Shown: piece by piece, positions 1-14,269 of the stretch
Numbering within the stretch: position 1 is the stretch's first letter
Layout of the letters: each line of letters starts with the position of its first letter
Origin: Octopus sinensis
Lineage: Eukaryota
Length of the DNA: 64,000 nucleotides
Direction: 5' to 3'
Assembly: GCF_006345805.1 (NCBI RefSeq)
Contig: NC_043003.1
Location: 50,096,001 to 50,160,000 of the forward strand
Notes under the pieces: model-generated
The model's database searches: none
What the model saw: only the letters and a program-made list of their open reading frames with translations
Told to the model about the DNA's origin: nothing
Made by a program: the position numbers and the translations under genes

Positions 1-65
1 AACGTAAAAGAGGAAGAAATACCGCTAAGCATTTTGTCCGTCTAAAGTTCCTAATTGGTTTTTGT

Positions 66-392
66 GAAGGCGCGTGGCTTAGTGGTTAGGGCATTCGGCT
101 CATGATTGTAAGGTCATGAGTTCGATTCCCGGCGATGCGTTGTGTCCTTGATCAAAATATTTTATTTTACGTTGCTCCAGTCCACTCAGCTGGCAAAAAT
201 GAGTTGTACCTGTAGTTCAAAGGGCCGGCCTTGTCACACTCTGTGTCACGCTGAATCTCCCTGAGAACTACGTTAGGGGTACACGTGTCTGTGGCTTGCT
301 CAGCCACTTGCACGTTAATTTCATGAGCAAGCTGTTCCGTTGGTCGTATCAGCTAGGACCCACGCCGTCGCAACCGGCGGAGTGCTACCAAT
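66..392 (+). mobile_element. SINE-E (tRNA-derived); second full copy at 17995-18330 minus, 3' piece at 4630-4712
   Basis: A box tggcttagtgg, B box gttcgattcc, shared body ttgctccagtccactcagctg. Confidence 0.85.
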
Positions 393-1069
393 TGGTTCAT
401 ATAGCATAATTAATGTTGATTTATAACAAAGACACAAGATCGTAATTTTAAGATAGGGCAAAACTGATTTTGGTCGACGTTCGTTCTTGATTGTTATTGT
501 TTTACAGATATTGAAACCCGCAAATCGGGAGTCACAATGTTGTATATTCGAATTCATGACATTAAAAAGAGACGTAAATAAATGGAGCAAAGAAATTTGT
601 CCGCTCCGCTGCTGTACGCTACGCTTTCTACTGTTTTTTTATTTTTTAAATTTTTGCTTTTATTTGTTTCAGTTACTGGACTACGGTCATGTTGGGGCAT
701 CGCCTTGGTGAGTTTTAGTCGAACAGTTCGCCCTCAGGACATATATTCTATCGATTCTGTATTGTCGAAACATTAAGTTACAGGACATACAATGGCAAAC
801 AATACCGGTTGTCATTGGTGGAGGAATAGCATAGACACAAAGGCATGCGCGCACATTCATATATGTCGTGCTTCCACCCAGTTTCCTGCAATCAAATTCA
901 CCCACAAGGATTGGGCCGGGGCTATAGCAGAGAACACTTGCCTAACGTGCCGCTACGTATGAAAGGACCTGAAGCCACGTGGCTGCAAAGCGAGCTTCTT
1001 AACTATGCAGGTATGTCTGCACCTACACAGCCATACTTACGCCTATACAGCCCATGTGTAATTGATATT

Positions 1070-2325
1070 GGTTTCAAATTTTAGCACAAGACCAGCAGTT
1101 TCGGGTGTGGAGACTAGTCGATTATAATCGACACTAGTGTACAAAAGGTACTTATTTTACCAACTCCTAAGGATGAAAGCACTCTGTCACGTGACTTTTA
1201 GAGGCACCCTGCAACGAGGCCCTATCCCTTCCATCAAAATTCATTATCTTCGCACCTTTTATTCACAGCTCTATTTTGCTTTATTCTATTTGAAGTTCAA
1301 GATTTCACGTTATCCTAAAGAACAGGTTGAAAAGTACAAATTAAAAGTACAAGTTATTTAGGTCTATTACAAATTTCAATAAGTAAAACTTCCAGATATG
1401 AATAAAAGAGCACTTTTATAATCCAGGCAACTTTCAAAGACAAACATGGCGCACTTTTCGCTTCGCGAAATCATCGATCAGTTCAGAATAATGAAGCCGA
1501 GAACTAAATTCGTGTTCGATAGATATCATAGAAAATCCTCAAAGTCTGGTGCACGTTCATGGTACAATGTAATTTTTTACAAGAACTTTGCAGGTACAGT
1601 TGAACTTTTGCAGGTACAGTTGAAATTTTCAGTTAACATAGTTTAATTCATGTTCAACATCTTAACTAAAGTAAATAGATGACTCATCTACGTACATTGA
1701 TCTTAACATGGGCCCCTCAACCGTAGAGGCCCCTCGCGACCGTAGTGGTTGCAGTGGCTTAGTCACGGCCCTGGATGGAAGGCAAGGTCGACCCTAGCTG
1801 CATTTGAATTCAGAACGTAAAGACGGACGAAATCCGCTACGTATTTTGCCCAGCGCGCTGACAATTCTGCCAACTTGCCACACAAAATTTATAATCAATA
1901 TTGGTTTAAAATTTTGGCACAAGGTCAGCAGTTTTGGTGGGGAGGGGCTAAGTCGATTAAATCGACTTCACTGCCTAACTGTACTTATTTCATCGATCCA
2001 GAAAGGAAGAAAAGCAAAGACGATCTCGAAGGAATATGAATTCAGAACGTAGAGACAGAGGAAATGCCGCCAAACGTTTTGTCCAGCGTTCTAACAATTC
2101 TGCCAGCCCGTCGCCTTAAATTAATAATTAATATTGATTTCAAATTTTGGCATAGGGACCGCAATTTCGGATGAGGGGGTAAGTCGATTACATCGATACC
2201 AGCGTTCAACTGGTACTTATTTTATCGACCCCGAAAGGATAAAATTGCAAAGTTGACCTCGGTGGAATTTGAACTCAGAACGCAAAGACGATGTGCTAGC
2301 GATTCTGCCAACTCGCCGCGTAAAT
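1070..2325 (-). mobile_element. SINE-A tandem cluster (3 copies; first split by the hAT element)
   Basis: tRNA-like head ggcggcgagctggcagaa...gagttcaaattcc and core gcctttcatcctttcggggtcgat..agtaccag. Confidence 0.85.
1180..1773. mobile_element. hAT-like non-autonomous element splitting a SINE-A
   Basis: 8-bp TSD gatgaaag/gatggaag; right end reads CAGGGCCGTGACT in reverse complement; internal REIIDQFRIMKPR resembles a hAT transposase C-terminus; left TIR is degenerate. Confidence 0.55.
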
Positions 2326-2906
2326 TAATAATTATTACCGACATCTTGTACTAATGGACCCAAACACCACACATTTTGTGAGATGGAAATAATCTATTTA
2401 ATGAACTCTAGTGTTTGACATGAGATAAAGTACTTGGTAGATCAACTCCTGAAGGCTGAAAGGGCAAAGGTGAATTCGACCGGATTTGATCTGAGAAGAT
2501 AACAGGATGTTAACTAAACACTGCAGGGTATTTGGTCCGATATTCTGCCGTATCAGCCGGTCTACCTCTCATAATTAATGTTGCCAGTCAAACGTGAATC
2601 ATTCTCTTCTTTGGTGAATGTCACATCAAGTAAACGTGTCGCTTTATCATTGCGTCTGTGTAATTTCCATTCCTTTCTTTAGTCTTTGCCACAGTTTCCG
2701 CAAACTATGTTACCAGCATCACCATCACCGCTGCCGTCACCATCTCCATGACAACAACAACAACAAATAATAAAAAAAAAAGCACTACTGCCTATAAGTA
2801 AAAAACGACAACAGAAACATTTAAAACCACTAAAAGAAAAGAACTCAAACAGCAACCAACATCTCGATATCGTCGCTGTTCTACAAACTAATTGCTATAT
2901 ATAAAT

Positions 2907-2937
<31 letters not shown>

Positions 2938-3545
2938 ACCACCACCACCACAACAACAACAACAACAAAGACCTCTAAGGCGGCTTAAAATCTCGTTATT
3001 TTCAAAGGATCCGAATCGCGTCGTTTTGTCTTCGTACTTTCGACGTTATGCTTCAATGCAAGCTATTCATGGGCCATGTCACTATTGGAAGGCATTTCAT
3101 TCAATCAATGGCGAATATTCTAGATTTTTTCTAGAAAATAATCTGCCTTCCTTCCTCTCACTTCGCCAACACCTTAAAGAATAAACGAACTTCAATGTCG
3201 ATGTTAGACAGTGGATGTAAAGTATAATGAAATAAAATAAATGAAAAGTGAAACAAAATATTAGAAATATATAAATTAAAAAAAAAAAACAACCAAAAAA
3301 AATGATGCCTCATCCGAGAAAAGGAAACCCGCAGCAGAGAACACCTGCTTCCTTTATCACTTGTTGGCCGGTTGGGCGGCTGAGAAAAAAAAGACAACCT
3401 AGAAAGGAAAAAAAAATTAGCAAGGAGCCAACGCACCAAAAAAGAGTCACGTCTATGAATGTCTGCTAGTCTGTTAGTCTGACTGTCAGCCTGGCTCTGT
3501 CTCCCTATATCATTCATTATTTTTCATTATTTTTATGTGCCACTA

Positions 3546-3589
<44 letters not shown>

Positions 3590-3619
3590 ATCCACACATT
3601 CACACAAGTGTGTGCATTC

Positions 3620-3673
<54 letters not shown>

Positions 3674-3792
3674 TATGTGTGTGTGTTTGTAACTGTGTAT
3701 ACGTATTCACACTGATTCATAGATAATCACATGTATACATACATACGCACCTATCTCTCTTTTGCTTCTTTCTGTGAGTGTATATATATGTA

Positions 3793-3840
<48 letters not shown>

Positions 3841-5204
3841 ATATATATAATATATATATATGCATGTGCGCATATATTCTAATTATATAAATACACACGC
3901 ATGCAACATACATATGTAGGATGCATGTGCACGACTGTTTATATACGGGCATACATGTGTAAGTTTGTGTGTATATGTGTGTGTGCGCACGTGTAAGTGC
4001 ATGCATTAAAATAATAAATTCAGGTAGGTGCTGATGACTTAGGCAAAAAGAAAAGAAAATTCCAAATATATTCAAAAATTTTCTTTTAGCTAGAGAAGAA
4101 AAACAAAAAAAAAACTAGATTTGGTTTCACAGAAAGAAGAGAGAACAAGTTATGATCTTTGTAGGTTACGTATGGTAACAGCTATGGACATGCTTAGTTC
4201 TTATTAAACCCCTTCAACGAAGCCCAGCCTTCTCAAGCTAGCTTGTGATCAGTAGACGGAGATTTTAAGCTAATAAAGAACCTCTTTTTGTTGTCATAGT
4301 TTTGATTCATCTTTGCTTTTGCTGTTTTTCGCAACTATCTGTCTTTTCTTTTTCTTTATCATTTTAATGCATGCACTTACACCGCAAGAAATTGTTGTTG
4401 ACAAAGAACAGCAGAAATTGTATTCACCTCAATAGACGTCATTGATTGGTTGAAATTGCCGAAATGCAAGAAATTTAACAACAAATAGCTTACAAACTAC
4501 AGAATTTTCACAAGAAAGCCAAGAGTAAAAGATGTTTTATGTAACACATTCTACCAGTATACGAAGTTTAAAAGTGTTTAGTTACAAAGAAATTATTTTA
4601 AAAATCTGCCGGTCAAAGCGAAAAGATCCCAAGTTAATTTCACGAGCTGGCTGTCCCGTTGATAAAATCAACTGGAACGCTCATCGTCGTAACCGACCGA
4701 GTACCAGATTTAAATCAAGGATGTTTGTTCTATTTTATTTTATTTCATTCACTTTTAGTTAAACAAACACTCTTAACAGATTGTAGATCGAGTTTTTTAT
4801 ATGGGATAACATTTCTACGAATTATTTTGAAAATAATCGGAGCTAAATCTCACTTTAAACAACTCTTAACATTGTTAGTTTGTTTTGTTTCTTTGTTACT
4901 TTGTTAGTTTATATATTTGCTTATTTTTGTTCGTATGCTTTTCCGGTTTTCCTGTTTTATCAATAAACAATAAAGGTGGAGGTAACTGGTTCAATGTTCA
5001 ACGCCATTGTTCCCGACTATTTGGTGTCGCCTTAACGTCTCTTTCGGTGCCAGGTGGTCATCATGAGTAATTGAAGTATGTCGGGAAGAAGCAAAAAATA
5101 AAAAAAGAAACAAAGAAAAAAGGAAGCCTATTGGGTCACAGTATTTTCTATGGTTAATTGCTGTAAAACAACAATTATATTTAGTATCAGCATCATTAAC
5201 AGGA

Positions 5205-5790
5205 ACAAGCCAACGAGGGACCCTGTATATGGTCGATCGGCTTGCTAGAAATAGAAGACATATTAGCCTGAAACTTAACCCTACTGTCTTAGAAAGAGAA
5301 AAGGATAATGGGTACTATTTAAGAAGAGTGGTTCCAGTGCGCGCATTCGCGTACTTGCGCATCCGCACTAGCTAGTCGTGACTAGTCGATCCTACAACGA
5401 CGTTTTAAGAGTATGATGAGGGTACCAAAAACAGGTAGTGTGTTATTTTTATTTTATTTGTTTAGAAAAAATATTTACGTTGTTTAGAAAAAAAATTTAT
5501 TTACTTTGTTTAAAAATAATTATTTACTTTGTGTAAAAAATCATTTATTTTGTTTAAAAAAAACATATTTGTTAAAAAAAAATCCCATCTTTTATTTGCA
5601 TGCGCGCACTCACGCTAGGTAGTCTTTGTAGGATTGACTAGTCACGGCTAGCTAGCGCGGATGCGTGAGTACGTGAGTGCGCGCACCGGGACCACTCTTC
5701 TTAAATAGTACCGGATAATGTAGTCCTAAATACACTATGTTTTAATGAAAGACGGGATGGCCATGACTAGAATCCCTTTGAACTCGAAGA
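5205..5790 (+). mobile_element. SINE-F (old repeat) split by the Merlin-like MITE; other relics near 6000-6180, 7200-7430, 16490-16640, 17570-17830
   Basis: Shared ctgctagaaatag...ccctactgtctt...ggataatgtagtcct...gatggccatgactagaat motifs. Confidence 0.6.
5311..5712. mobile_element. MITE with 91-bp TIRs and an 8-bp TSD, Merlin/IS1016-like
   Basis: TIR GGTACTATTTAAGAAGAGTGG... at 5311-5401 and 5622-5712; TSD GGATAATG at 5303-5310 and 5713-5720; the host SINE-F copy near 6073 has a single ggataatg. Confidence 0.85.
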
Positions 5791-6905
5791 AAACCACCCA
5801 CAACACCAGCAACTGTAGCATCAGCAATAACTAATAGAAGGAGAACTTGAGCACGATGGCCGAAAACTCAGTAGGGACCATACTACAAACGAAATCACAG
5901 ATATACCCATACGCATAAAGTCACACCCATATTGTGACACACATATACTCTCATTCTTTATTATATACATGAGACAGCGAGAGGAAGTCTGTACGCAGTC
6001 GTTCGACCCGTTAAAAATAATAGTGAAATGCTTCTCGATTCACAATTTGCAGTCTTTCCAAAAAGCTACATTGGATAATGCTGTCTTAGATATGCTGTGT
6101 CTAAATAACAGATGGGTCGGTCAAGTTTGGAGTACCTCTCACTATAGGTCTGTTCGATCAGGGATGACGTGGAGCTAAACAGCAATGTTAATCCTTTATA
6201 CTTTCTACTACAGACACAAGGCCTGAAATTTCGGGGAAGGGAAGTAGTCGATTACAACTATCCCAGTGTTCAAATGATACTTATTTCATTGACCCCCGAA
6301 AAGACGAAAGGCAAAGACGATCTCGATGGCATTTGAATTCAGAACGTAAAGATGGACGAAATGCCGCTAAGCATTGTGTCCCACAGAATAGCGGTTCTGC
6401 TAGCTCACCGCCTTAAACAACAACAACAACAACAACAACAACGACAGCAACAGCAACAGCAGCAGCAGCAGCAATGAGCTGATAAATGCCAGAAAATACG
6501 TATAAATCATGTACACATCCATACAATTACATCATTAAAAACATGATACTGAAGCTGTTTATTATAATAATGGATAATCTTTTCCACTCTAGACACAAGG
6601 CCCGCAATTTTGGATGAAGGAGGCAGTCGATTAGATCGACCCCAGTACGCAACTGGTACTTAGTTTATCGACCCCGAAAGGATGAAAGGCAAAGTATTCT
6701 TTTATTCTTTTACTTGTTTCAGTCATTTGATTGCGGCCATGCTGGAGTACCGCCTTTAGTCGAACAAACTGACCCAAGGACTTATTCTTTGTAAGTCTAG
6801 CACTTATTTTATCGCTGTCTTTTGCCGAACCGCTAGGTTACGGGGGCGTAAACACACCAGCATCGGTTGTCAAGCGCGATGATGGGAGGGACAAACACAG
6901 ATACA

Positions 6906-6988
<83 letters not shown>

Positions 6989-7941
6989 GTATATATATAT
7001 ATGACGGGCTTCTTTCAGTTTTTGTGTACGAAATCGACTTACAAGTCTTTGATCGGCCTGAGGCTATAGTAGAAAATACTTGCCCATGGTGCCACGCAGT
7101 TGGGCTGAACTCGGGACCATGTGGTATGGAAGTAAGCTTTTTACTACACAGCCACTTTAAAAAATCATATATTTTTATAACTATATGTTATCAGGAATTG
7201 TATACAAAATTATTGTAAAAGTCTTTCGTGTACTTGAGAAGTGTAACCAATTTCTTACAGATAAAATTTAGCAATAATATTATATACGGACTTCTAAAGG
7301 TCATGGATTTAAACGATGATATAGTGTAATTGGAGAAAGATTCGACAGCTACTTTTAACAGGTCAAGTGAAAACCTAGAAGGTAGATTATTTGCTGTTTA
7401 GTCTTAGACTACATTAAAAAGCGTTCCAGTCACGGCGGCGAGCTGGCAGAAACGTTAGTACGCTGAGCGAAATGCTTAGCGACTTTTCGTCTGTCTTTGT
7501 GTTCTGAATTCAAATCCCTTGCCTTTCATCCTATCGGGGTCGATAAATTAAGTACCAGTTTCGTACTCGGATCGATATAATCAACTGGCCCTCTCCTCCC
7601 AAATTTCGGGCCTTGTGCCTAGAGTAGATAAAAAATAAGAAAAAACAAAGCCTTCCAGCCACGACAATCCTGTCATTTCAGGCGTATGTACGATTGTGTT
7701 TCCTTGTGCAATTGTTCTCACTAATAATGGACAAATTTGAGCTGGAGGAGATCCCTTTATATTTATTGCATCAATTCATTATTAAATACCTCATAATGGT
7801 CACTGGTAATATGTCCTAAATGGACAGTTCAAATACTAATGCGTAGTTCATAAATATATATGCATGTATGTATAGATGCAAGTATGTACAGATGCATGTA
7901 CGTAATATATATATACATAATATAATATATAGATATATATA

Positions 7942-7981
<40 letters not shown>

Positions 7982-8518
7982 ATTTGTGTGTATATGCATG
8001 TATGCATAGATGGATGTACATATATATATTTATTGTATTTATATATACATATACATATATAGGCGCAGGAGTGGCTGTGTGGTAAGTAGCTTGCTTACCA
8101 ACCACATGGTTCTGGGTTCATTCCCACTGCGTGGCATCTTGGGCAAGTGTCTTCTACTATAGTCTGGAGCCGACCAAAGCCTTGTGAGTGGATTTGGTAG
8201 ACGGAAACTGAAAGAAGCCCGTCATATATATATATGTTTGTATGTATGTATGTATGTATATGTTTCTGTGCGTGCATATGTTTGTGTGTCTGTGTTTGTC
8301 CACCCAACATCGCTTGAAACCGATGCTGGTGTGTTTACGTCCCCATAACTTAGCGATTCGGCAAGAGCGACCGATAGAATAAGTACTAGGCTTACAAAGA
8401 ATAAGTCCTGGGGGCGATTTGCTCGACTAAAGGCGGTGCTCCAGCATGGCCGCAGTCAAATGATTGAAACAAATAAAAAAGAAAGAAAAAAGAAAAAAGA
8501 TATATATATAATATATTA

Positions 8519-8555
<37 letters not shown>

Positions 8556-8559
<4 letters not shown>

Positions 8560-8763
8560 CACATAAAACCGTTAGATTTACTTCAACATTTAAATTTAAT
8601 TTGTCAAAATATTTTCGTCGCTATAAGACCGCGACCTGCTCACTGACAAAACATCGTGCTGTACGATGTTCTGTCAGTGAACAGGTCGCGGTCTCAAAAC
8701 GACGAAAATATTTTGACAAATTAAATTTAAATGTTGAAGTGAATCTAACGGTTTTGTGTGTTT
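8556..8763. repeat. 208-bp palindrome next to (TA)n
   Basis: Arms of ~103 bp centred on 8659-8660. Confidence 0.92.
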
Positions 8764-8863
8764 CTTAAATGGCTTATAAACACCTTCCACGCTTGCTGCA
8801 ATTTGTTTTCGTTCCAGCACACGATCTCAGATCAGGTCACTTGCTATGCAAGTACATTCTCCG

Positions 8864-8901
<38 letters not shown>

Positions 8902-8907
8902 TAATAT

Positions 8908-8968
<61 letters not shown>

Positions 8969-9326
8969 TAATATATATATATATATATATATAGTATATG
9001 TACATCATATGCATGCTTATATCCGTACATATATACATGTGTGTGGTATGTGTGTGGTGGTGTTGTGTGTTAGATATATATATATGTACATCAAACTTAA
9101 ATATAATTTTACAGGTGAAAAGCGATATTACCGTTTTAAATATGTGAAATTTAGTTTTTGATATAACATAGCAAACACTTGAAATTTAATATTTCATATA
9201 GTTTAGTAAACATTTGAAATTCAATATTAGATACAGTATTGAAAATATTTGAAAATTATTGCTTAGTAGAGAATAGTAACGCTTTGAAATTTGCGTGTTT
9301 GTGTGTGTGCGCGCGCGCCTGTGCAA

Positions 9327-9357
<31 letters not shown>

Positions 9358-9749
9358 TGTAGTATGTATGTATGTATGTATGTATGTATGAAAGTATGAA
9401 GGTAGGTAGGTAGGTAGGTAGGTAGGTAGGTAAGTACGTATTGACTCTTTAGTGATCAAAACACGAAGCCCTGTGAGAATTAATGCTTTGAACTAATTCT
9501 TTGAACTCAATGTTCTGTAATTGCGAAAATCAAATTTTTTAAGTACAGTAACTAACACCTTCCAAACTAAACCTAAACACAGTTTAAAAGAAATTAAGAA
9601 AATTCGTAGGATTCTAATTTTTTAAACAAAACTAGAGACATATATGAAATAGTTGAAACGTTACATTGACAACTCTTCAGCATTAACATTATACAAAGTG
9701 ACAAAAAAGCAAGTGAATAATATATGAATAACGAAGTATATTCTTTTTT

Positions 9750-10402
9750 ACTCCAGTCACAAGGCCCGAAATTTTGGGGGAGGGAGTGGGGGGGGGGCAG
9801 TCGATTAGATCGATCCTAGTACGTAACGGGTACTTAATTTATCGATTTCGAAAGGGTGAAAGGCAAAGTCGACCTCGGCGGAATTTGAACTCAAAACGTA
9901 AAAGACGGAAGAAATGCCGCTAAGCATTTCGCCTGGCGTGATAACGTTTATTATATCTTTATTGCCTACAAGGGGCTAAACAAAGAGGGGACAAACAAGG
10001 ATAGACAAAAGAAATTAAGTCGATTATATCGACCTTAGTGCGTAACTGGTACTTATTTAATCGACCCCGGAAGGATGAAAAGCAAAGTCGACCTCGGCGT
10101 AATTTGAACTCAGAACGTAGCGGCAGACGCAATACCGCTAAGCATTTCGCCCGGTGTGCTAACGTTTCTTATTTCTTTATTGCCTACAAGGGGTGACACA
10201 CAGAGGGGATAAATAAGGACAGACAAAGAGATTAAGTCGATTATATCGACCCCAATGCGTAACTAGTACTTAATTTATCGACCCCGAAAGGATGAAAGGC
10301 AAAACCGACCTCGGCGGAATTTGAACTCCGAACGTAGCAACGGGCGAAATACCGTTAAGCATTTCGTCCAGCGTGCTTACGATTCTGCCAGCTCGCCGCC
10401 TT
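9750..10402 (-). mobile_element. SINE-A head-to-tail array (3 copies)
   Basis: Three colinear ~210-bp units. Confidence 0.9.
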
Positions 10403-10430
10403 TATAATAATAATAATAACGATAACAATC

Positions 10431-10465
<35 letters not shown>

Positions 10466-10467
<2 letters not shown>

Positions 10468-11020
10468 CCCTGATGCAGTATCAGGCAGTGGCTCTCATGG
10501 CTTCTGATCTTAACTGATTGGAAGTGTTATCATTTACATTGTTTTGTCTTGGTATAAAAGATGGGCTACAGCAAATATTCTGCTCAATACCACAGATTTG
10601 CTTGTCAGTTGTTTGACCTTAACGAGTTGAGCATGTCCCTTTGTGGCTGACGATATGTGCATCTCTGATCACAAGCAGAAATAATGGGGGAGTATCATAG
10701 CCATGTGTTGAGAGGGATTCTTTGGGGCTTGAATAATTCACCTCTGGAAACATGGGTGTTTCGTTCAACATCCTTAAACAACCCTTATTCAGGGACCTTT
10801 TGAGCGGGATGGGCTACTCGACCAGAAGAAATCTCTAACTGGGCCCCACCTGCAAGGTCATGTGCTGTTTATCTTGATATGAGATCACCATGTCGTGCAT
10901 ATATGGTTGTGATGCATGTGCCTAGTGTACCCTTATCAGACGGGTAGTCATGATGGATATACTGGGCTTCGTATATTTTACCCCAGTGTCACTTTGATAG
11001 CGTGCACTGCTCTCTCACTC
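10466..11020 (+). mobile_element. Non-coding ~555-bp retroposon inserted in (TAA)n, longer copy
   Basis: Highly similar to 41045-41495; both copies end ctctcac + (AAT)n. Confidence 0.8.
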
Positions 11021-11129
11021 AATAATAATAATGATAATAATATAATAATAATAATAATAACGATGATGATGATGACGATGATGATGATGATGATGATGAT
11101 CTATAGCTTCTTTTTCTTAAGTATATTAT

Positions 11130-11340
11130 TCGCCCTTCTTTTCTCAGGTTTTCATAGTCTTTCCTCTTCTCCTTGTCATTTGAAGAAGGACCAATACCCG
11201 AAACGCTATAGCTATGAACTTTCTCCATTTCCACGCGCGTCAAGCTATTAGCACTGATTGTCGCATTACCCCTTTGTTTGTTTGTCCGTTTATCAATTAT
11301 TTTTTCTTTTTTGTATTTTATTTTTAATAATCTGATTCAG
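11130..11340 (+). mobile_element. Family H2 relic, copy 1
   Basis: TTGAAGA A gg accaata ccc GAAA cg, and downstream gcgcgtcaagctattagc. Confidence 0.45.
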
Positions 11341-12218
11341 AAAATGATACCAAGTTCTCTCACGCGACGTGTATCTCATAGCAATTGCATTTTGGATGAG
11401 TGCATTACCGATCATGCCAAAGAGACCCTATCATGTTCTCCTGCCAATCGTGACAAAGTAGGCCATATGTATAATAAGAATTTTCTTAATATAAATTTAC
11501 AGTACTACATTACTACATATATAAGGATTATAGCTAATTTCGTAGTCACTTAACCACCAGCACAGACTGGGTCATTCTATTACTTTACAATGTTGTCAAG
11601 TATCGTACTAAAATTTGATATTCATGGCGAGATTTAATCTCCAAATTGTACAAAATTTCGTGCTATACATTAATGTTTGAGTATATTATTCTTTTCTAGA
11701 TTAATCCTTCCAAATGAATTGTAACTTCTATTTAAAATCTGATTCGTTATATTAACAGACACAAATACATACACACACGTGATACACTGTTGTCGATTGT
11801 GAAGATCATGGAAATTATACAATGCAGAATACATTAATAAATCTAAACCAAGAAAAGCAAGCAAAATATGTAAACTAAACGGAAATATATTTAAAACAGA
11901 TCTGAATAAATATGAATGGTTTCTATATAAACGTGACTCACCGTATCCCTACGTCTTTCCCCTGCGTCTGAATAAAAGTACAGTCGTACCTATAGAGATT
12001 AAATTACTAAAAGAAATTACTCATGTCCGATGTGGTCAGAATCCAACCAACTACAGAAAACAAAAATATTCTCACCGTTCTATTAAGCAAAGATTATTCA
12101 AAGTAATATTATATGAATATTGTATTAATATTTTATTGACACACTTACGTATTGTACCGCATATGTTTGTATATACGTATGTAGGTACGCATGCATGTAT
12201 GTGTGTATGTATGTGTTA

Positions 12219-12256
<38 letters not shown>

Positions 12257-12620
12257 GTTCACAAATACACACACGCACATTTTTTATATAACACATATAT
12301 TCAACAAAAATGAATTAAAAGAAATATCTCAGAGTTGCTAATGGCAAGAATTTGGAGAACAAAGATGAATAAAAGTATGTTAAATACGATAGAAGATGAA
12401 CTCCTTGATGCATTGAAACTGTCTTTGCTCCAAAATGAGAAAGAAAGAAAGAAAGAAAGGAAAGAAGGAAGGAAGGAAAGAAGGAAGAAAGACACCTGAT
12501 GGCGACTGCGGGCAACTTCGATTGCGGAGAGAAGATAATATCAAGAAATAACAGTTCTGTAGAGCTGACATGCTATTGATGAATATATATATATAACGAA
12601 TATATATAACGAAGTCAATG

Positions 12621-13021
12621 TCTACTAGCAGTATCGCCCGGCGTTGCTCGGGTTTGTAAGGGAAATAACTATATAAGCATTTTTAGAGATTTAAAGTATA
12701 ATAGCCATCTCAATATGGCTAACCACAAAGGGGGGTGTTACTGTAGGTTTTTACGTTCTGAGATTTAATAATAAATTTTTAGAGAGTTACTTCCCTTATA
12801 TATGCCAAAAATGCATTAAAAATAGGAAAAATTGATGGTAAAGTTTTTTAAAAATCGTAGACTCATCGTAGACGCGCGCTAATACCCAGAAGGGCTCGAT
12901 ATGAATCACGACTATAAGATACCCGGTTTTGGTTAAACTGCACCGCAAAATGTGGGAGTAGTTAGGAATCAAAATCGTAGGAGACAGACACTCACACAAC
13001 TTCACTTTTATATATAAAGAT
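12621..13021 (+). mobile_element. Helitron/Helentron-type non-autonomous element
   Basis: 5' ctactagcagtatcgcccggcgttgctcggg (hairpin) and 3' cagacactcacacaacttcacttttatatataaagat. Confidence 0.65.
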
Positions 13022-13423
13022 ATAACGCGTCCACTTGGCCGTTACAACAAACACGTGCTCACAGATGGTATTTGTCTTGAGTCCCAACTATGAGTAAAAC
13101 ATACATGAAACACACAGCCAAGTTAATGACGTTTGAATATGCGCCAGATTTAGGCTAGCGTCGAAATGTCAATAGGAAGTATTTTCTGACACCTGAATGA
13201 CATCTTAGTGGCTAATAAATAAAACCCAAACGTTGGCTTGATTTATTATTTAGCATATTGTCTCAGAGCAAACTAGATAATATGTTGTGAATGTTAATGC
13301 GGATATTTTCGTAGTTGTTTAGGTTTTAGTTTTGTTCAAGAAAGCATATTTCGCTTTGTGTTTTTACTCGTTTCACTCATTAGACTGCGGCCATACTAGT
13401 GCTTCGCGTTGAAGAGTTTAGAC

Positions 13424-14017
13424 TAGTGGCTCCCAAAGTTTTTTCCGGGCTTCCGCCTCCTTAGCACCCAGGCTACATTCTAGCGCCCCCACTCAGCTCC
13501 CCCCCCCCCACACACACACATAGACCAATCTCTGCAGCAAATTCAAAACAACTGGTTTTCAGAAACAAAACTGAATCTAATTAAAACATTGTTTTGTTGA
13601 TTTTACATGCCCCCTTTTGACCGAATCCAGGCAAAAAAAATGTCACGAGTAACAAAGTAACAGGGGTTTTGTCCGGGCTGGTGGGGGGGTCCGAGGGGGT
13701 TTTGTCCGAGGAGTTTTGTCCGAGGGGGTTTTGTCTGAGGGAGTTTTGTCCAAGGGTGTTTTGTCCGAGGGGTTTTGTCCGAGTGGGGTTTTGTCCGAGT
13801 GGGGTTTTGTTCGGATCTCATAAATTAATTGTGACTTTTTTCTGCTGACTTTTTATCCTAGCCAAAATTATGACTTTATTACTGTTACATTTTTACCCGT
13901 GACTTTATTACCGGTCATCTCTTGACCAACCCATTACCATCCGAGTTTTCTTCAACGCCCCCCGGATCTTACTACTGCCCCTCAGAGGAGCAGTACCGCC
14001 CACTTTGGGAACCACTT
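13424..14017. mobile_element. hAT (Charlie-like) MITE carrying a nested GGGGTTTTGTCCGA minisatellite (13663-13815)
   Basis: TIR tagtggctcccaaagt/actttgggaaccact; about ten 14-16-bp tandem units inside; splits a SINE-B relic. Confidence 0.6.
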
Positions 14018-14269
14018 TAGTAAAACAAATCAACCTATTTACTTTTTCATTTTTAAAGCTTAGTACATATTCTGTCTCCTTTTCCCAGAACCATTAAGTT
14101 ACGTGGACGTAAACCGGTGGTCAAACAGTGGTGGAGAATAAACAGAAACACAAAGACGAATTAACTAACTCGCACATTACAAATACAATCTATAAGTGCA
14201 AGACTTTTCTCAAGTTTGAAATGTGACTGATCTGCTAGAAACTCTTTTATCGATCTTATCGAGGCATCA

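Noticed and set aside
10466-10560. HDV-like ribozyme at the 5' end of the TAA-associated retroposon
   Set aside because: I could not assemble the nested double pseudoknot by eye; it needs a descriptor search.
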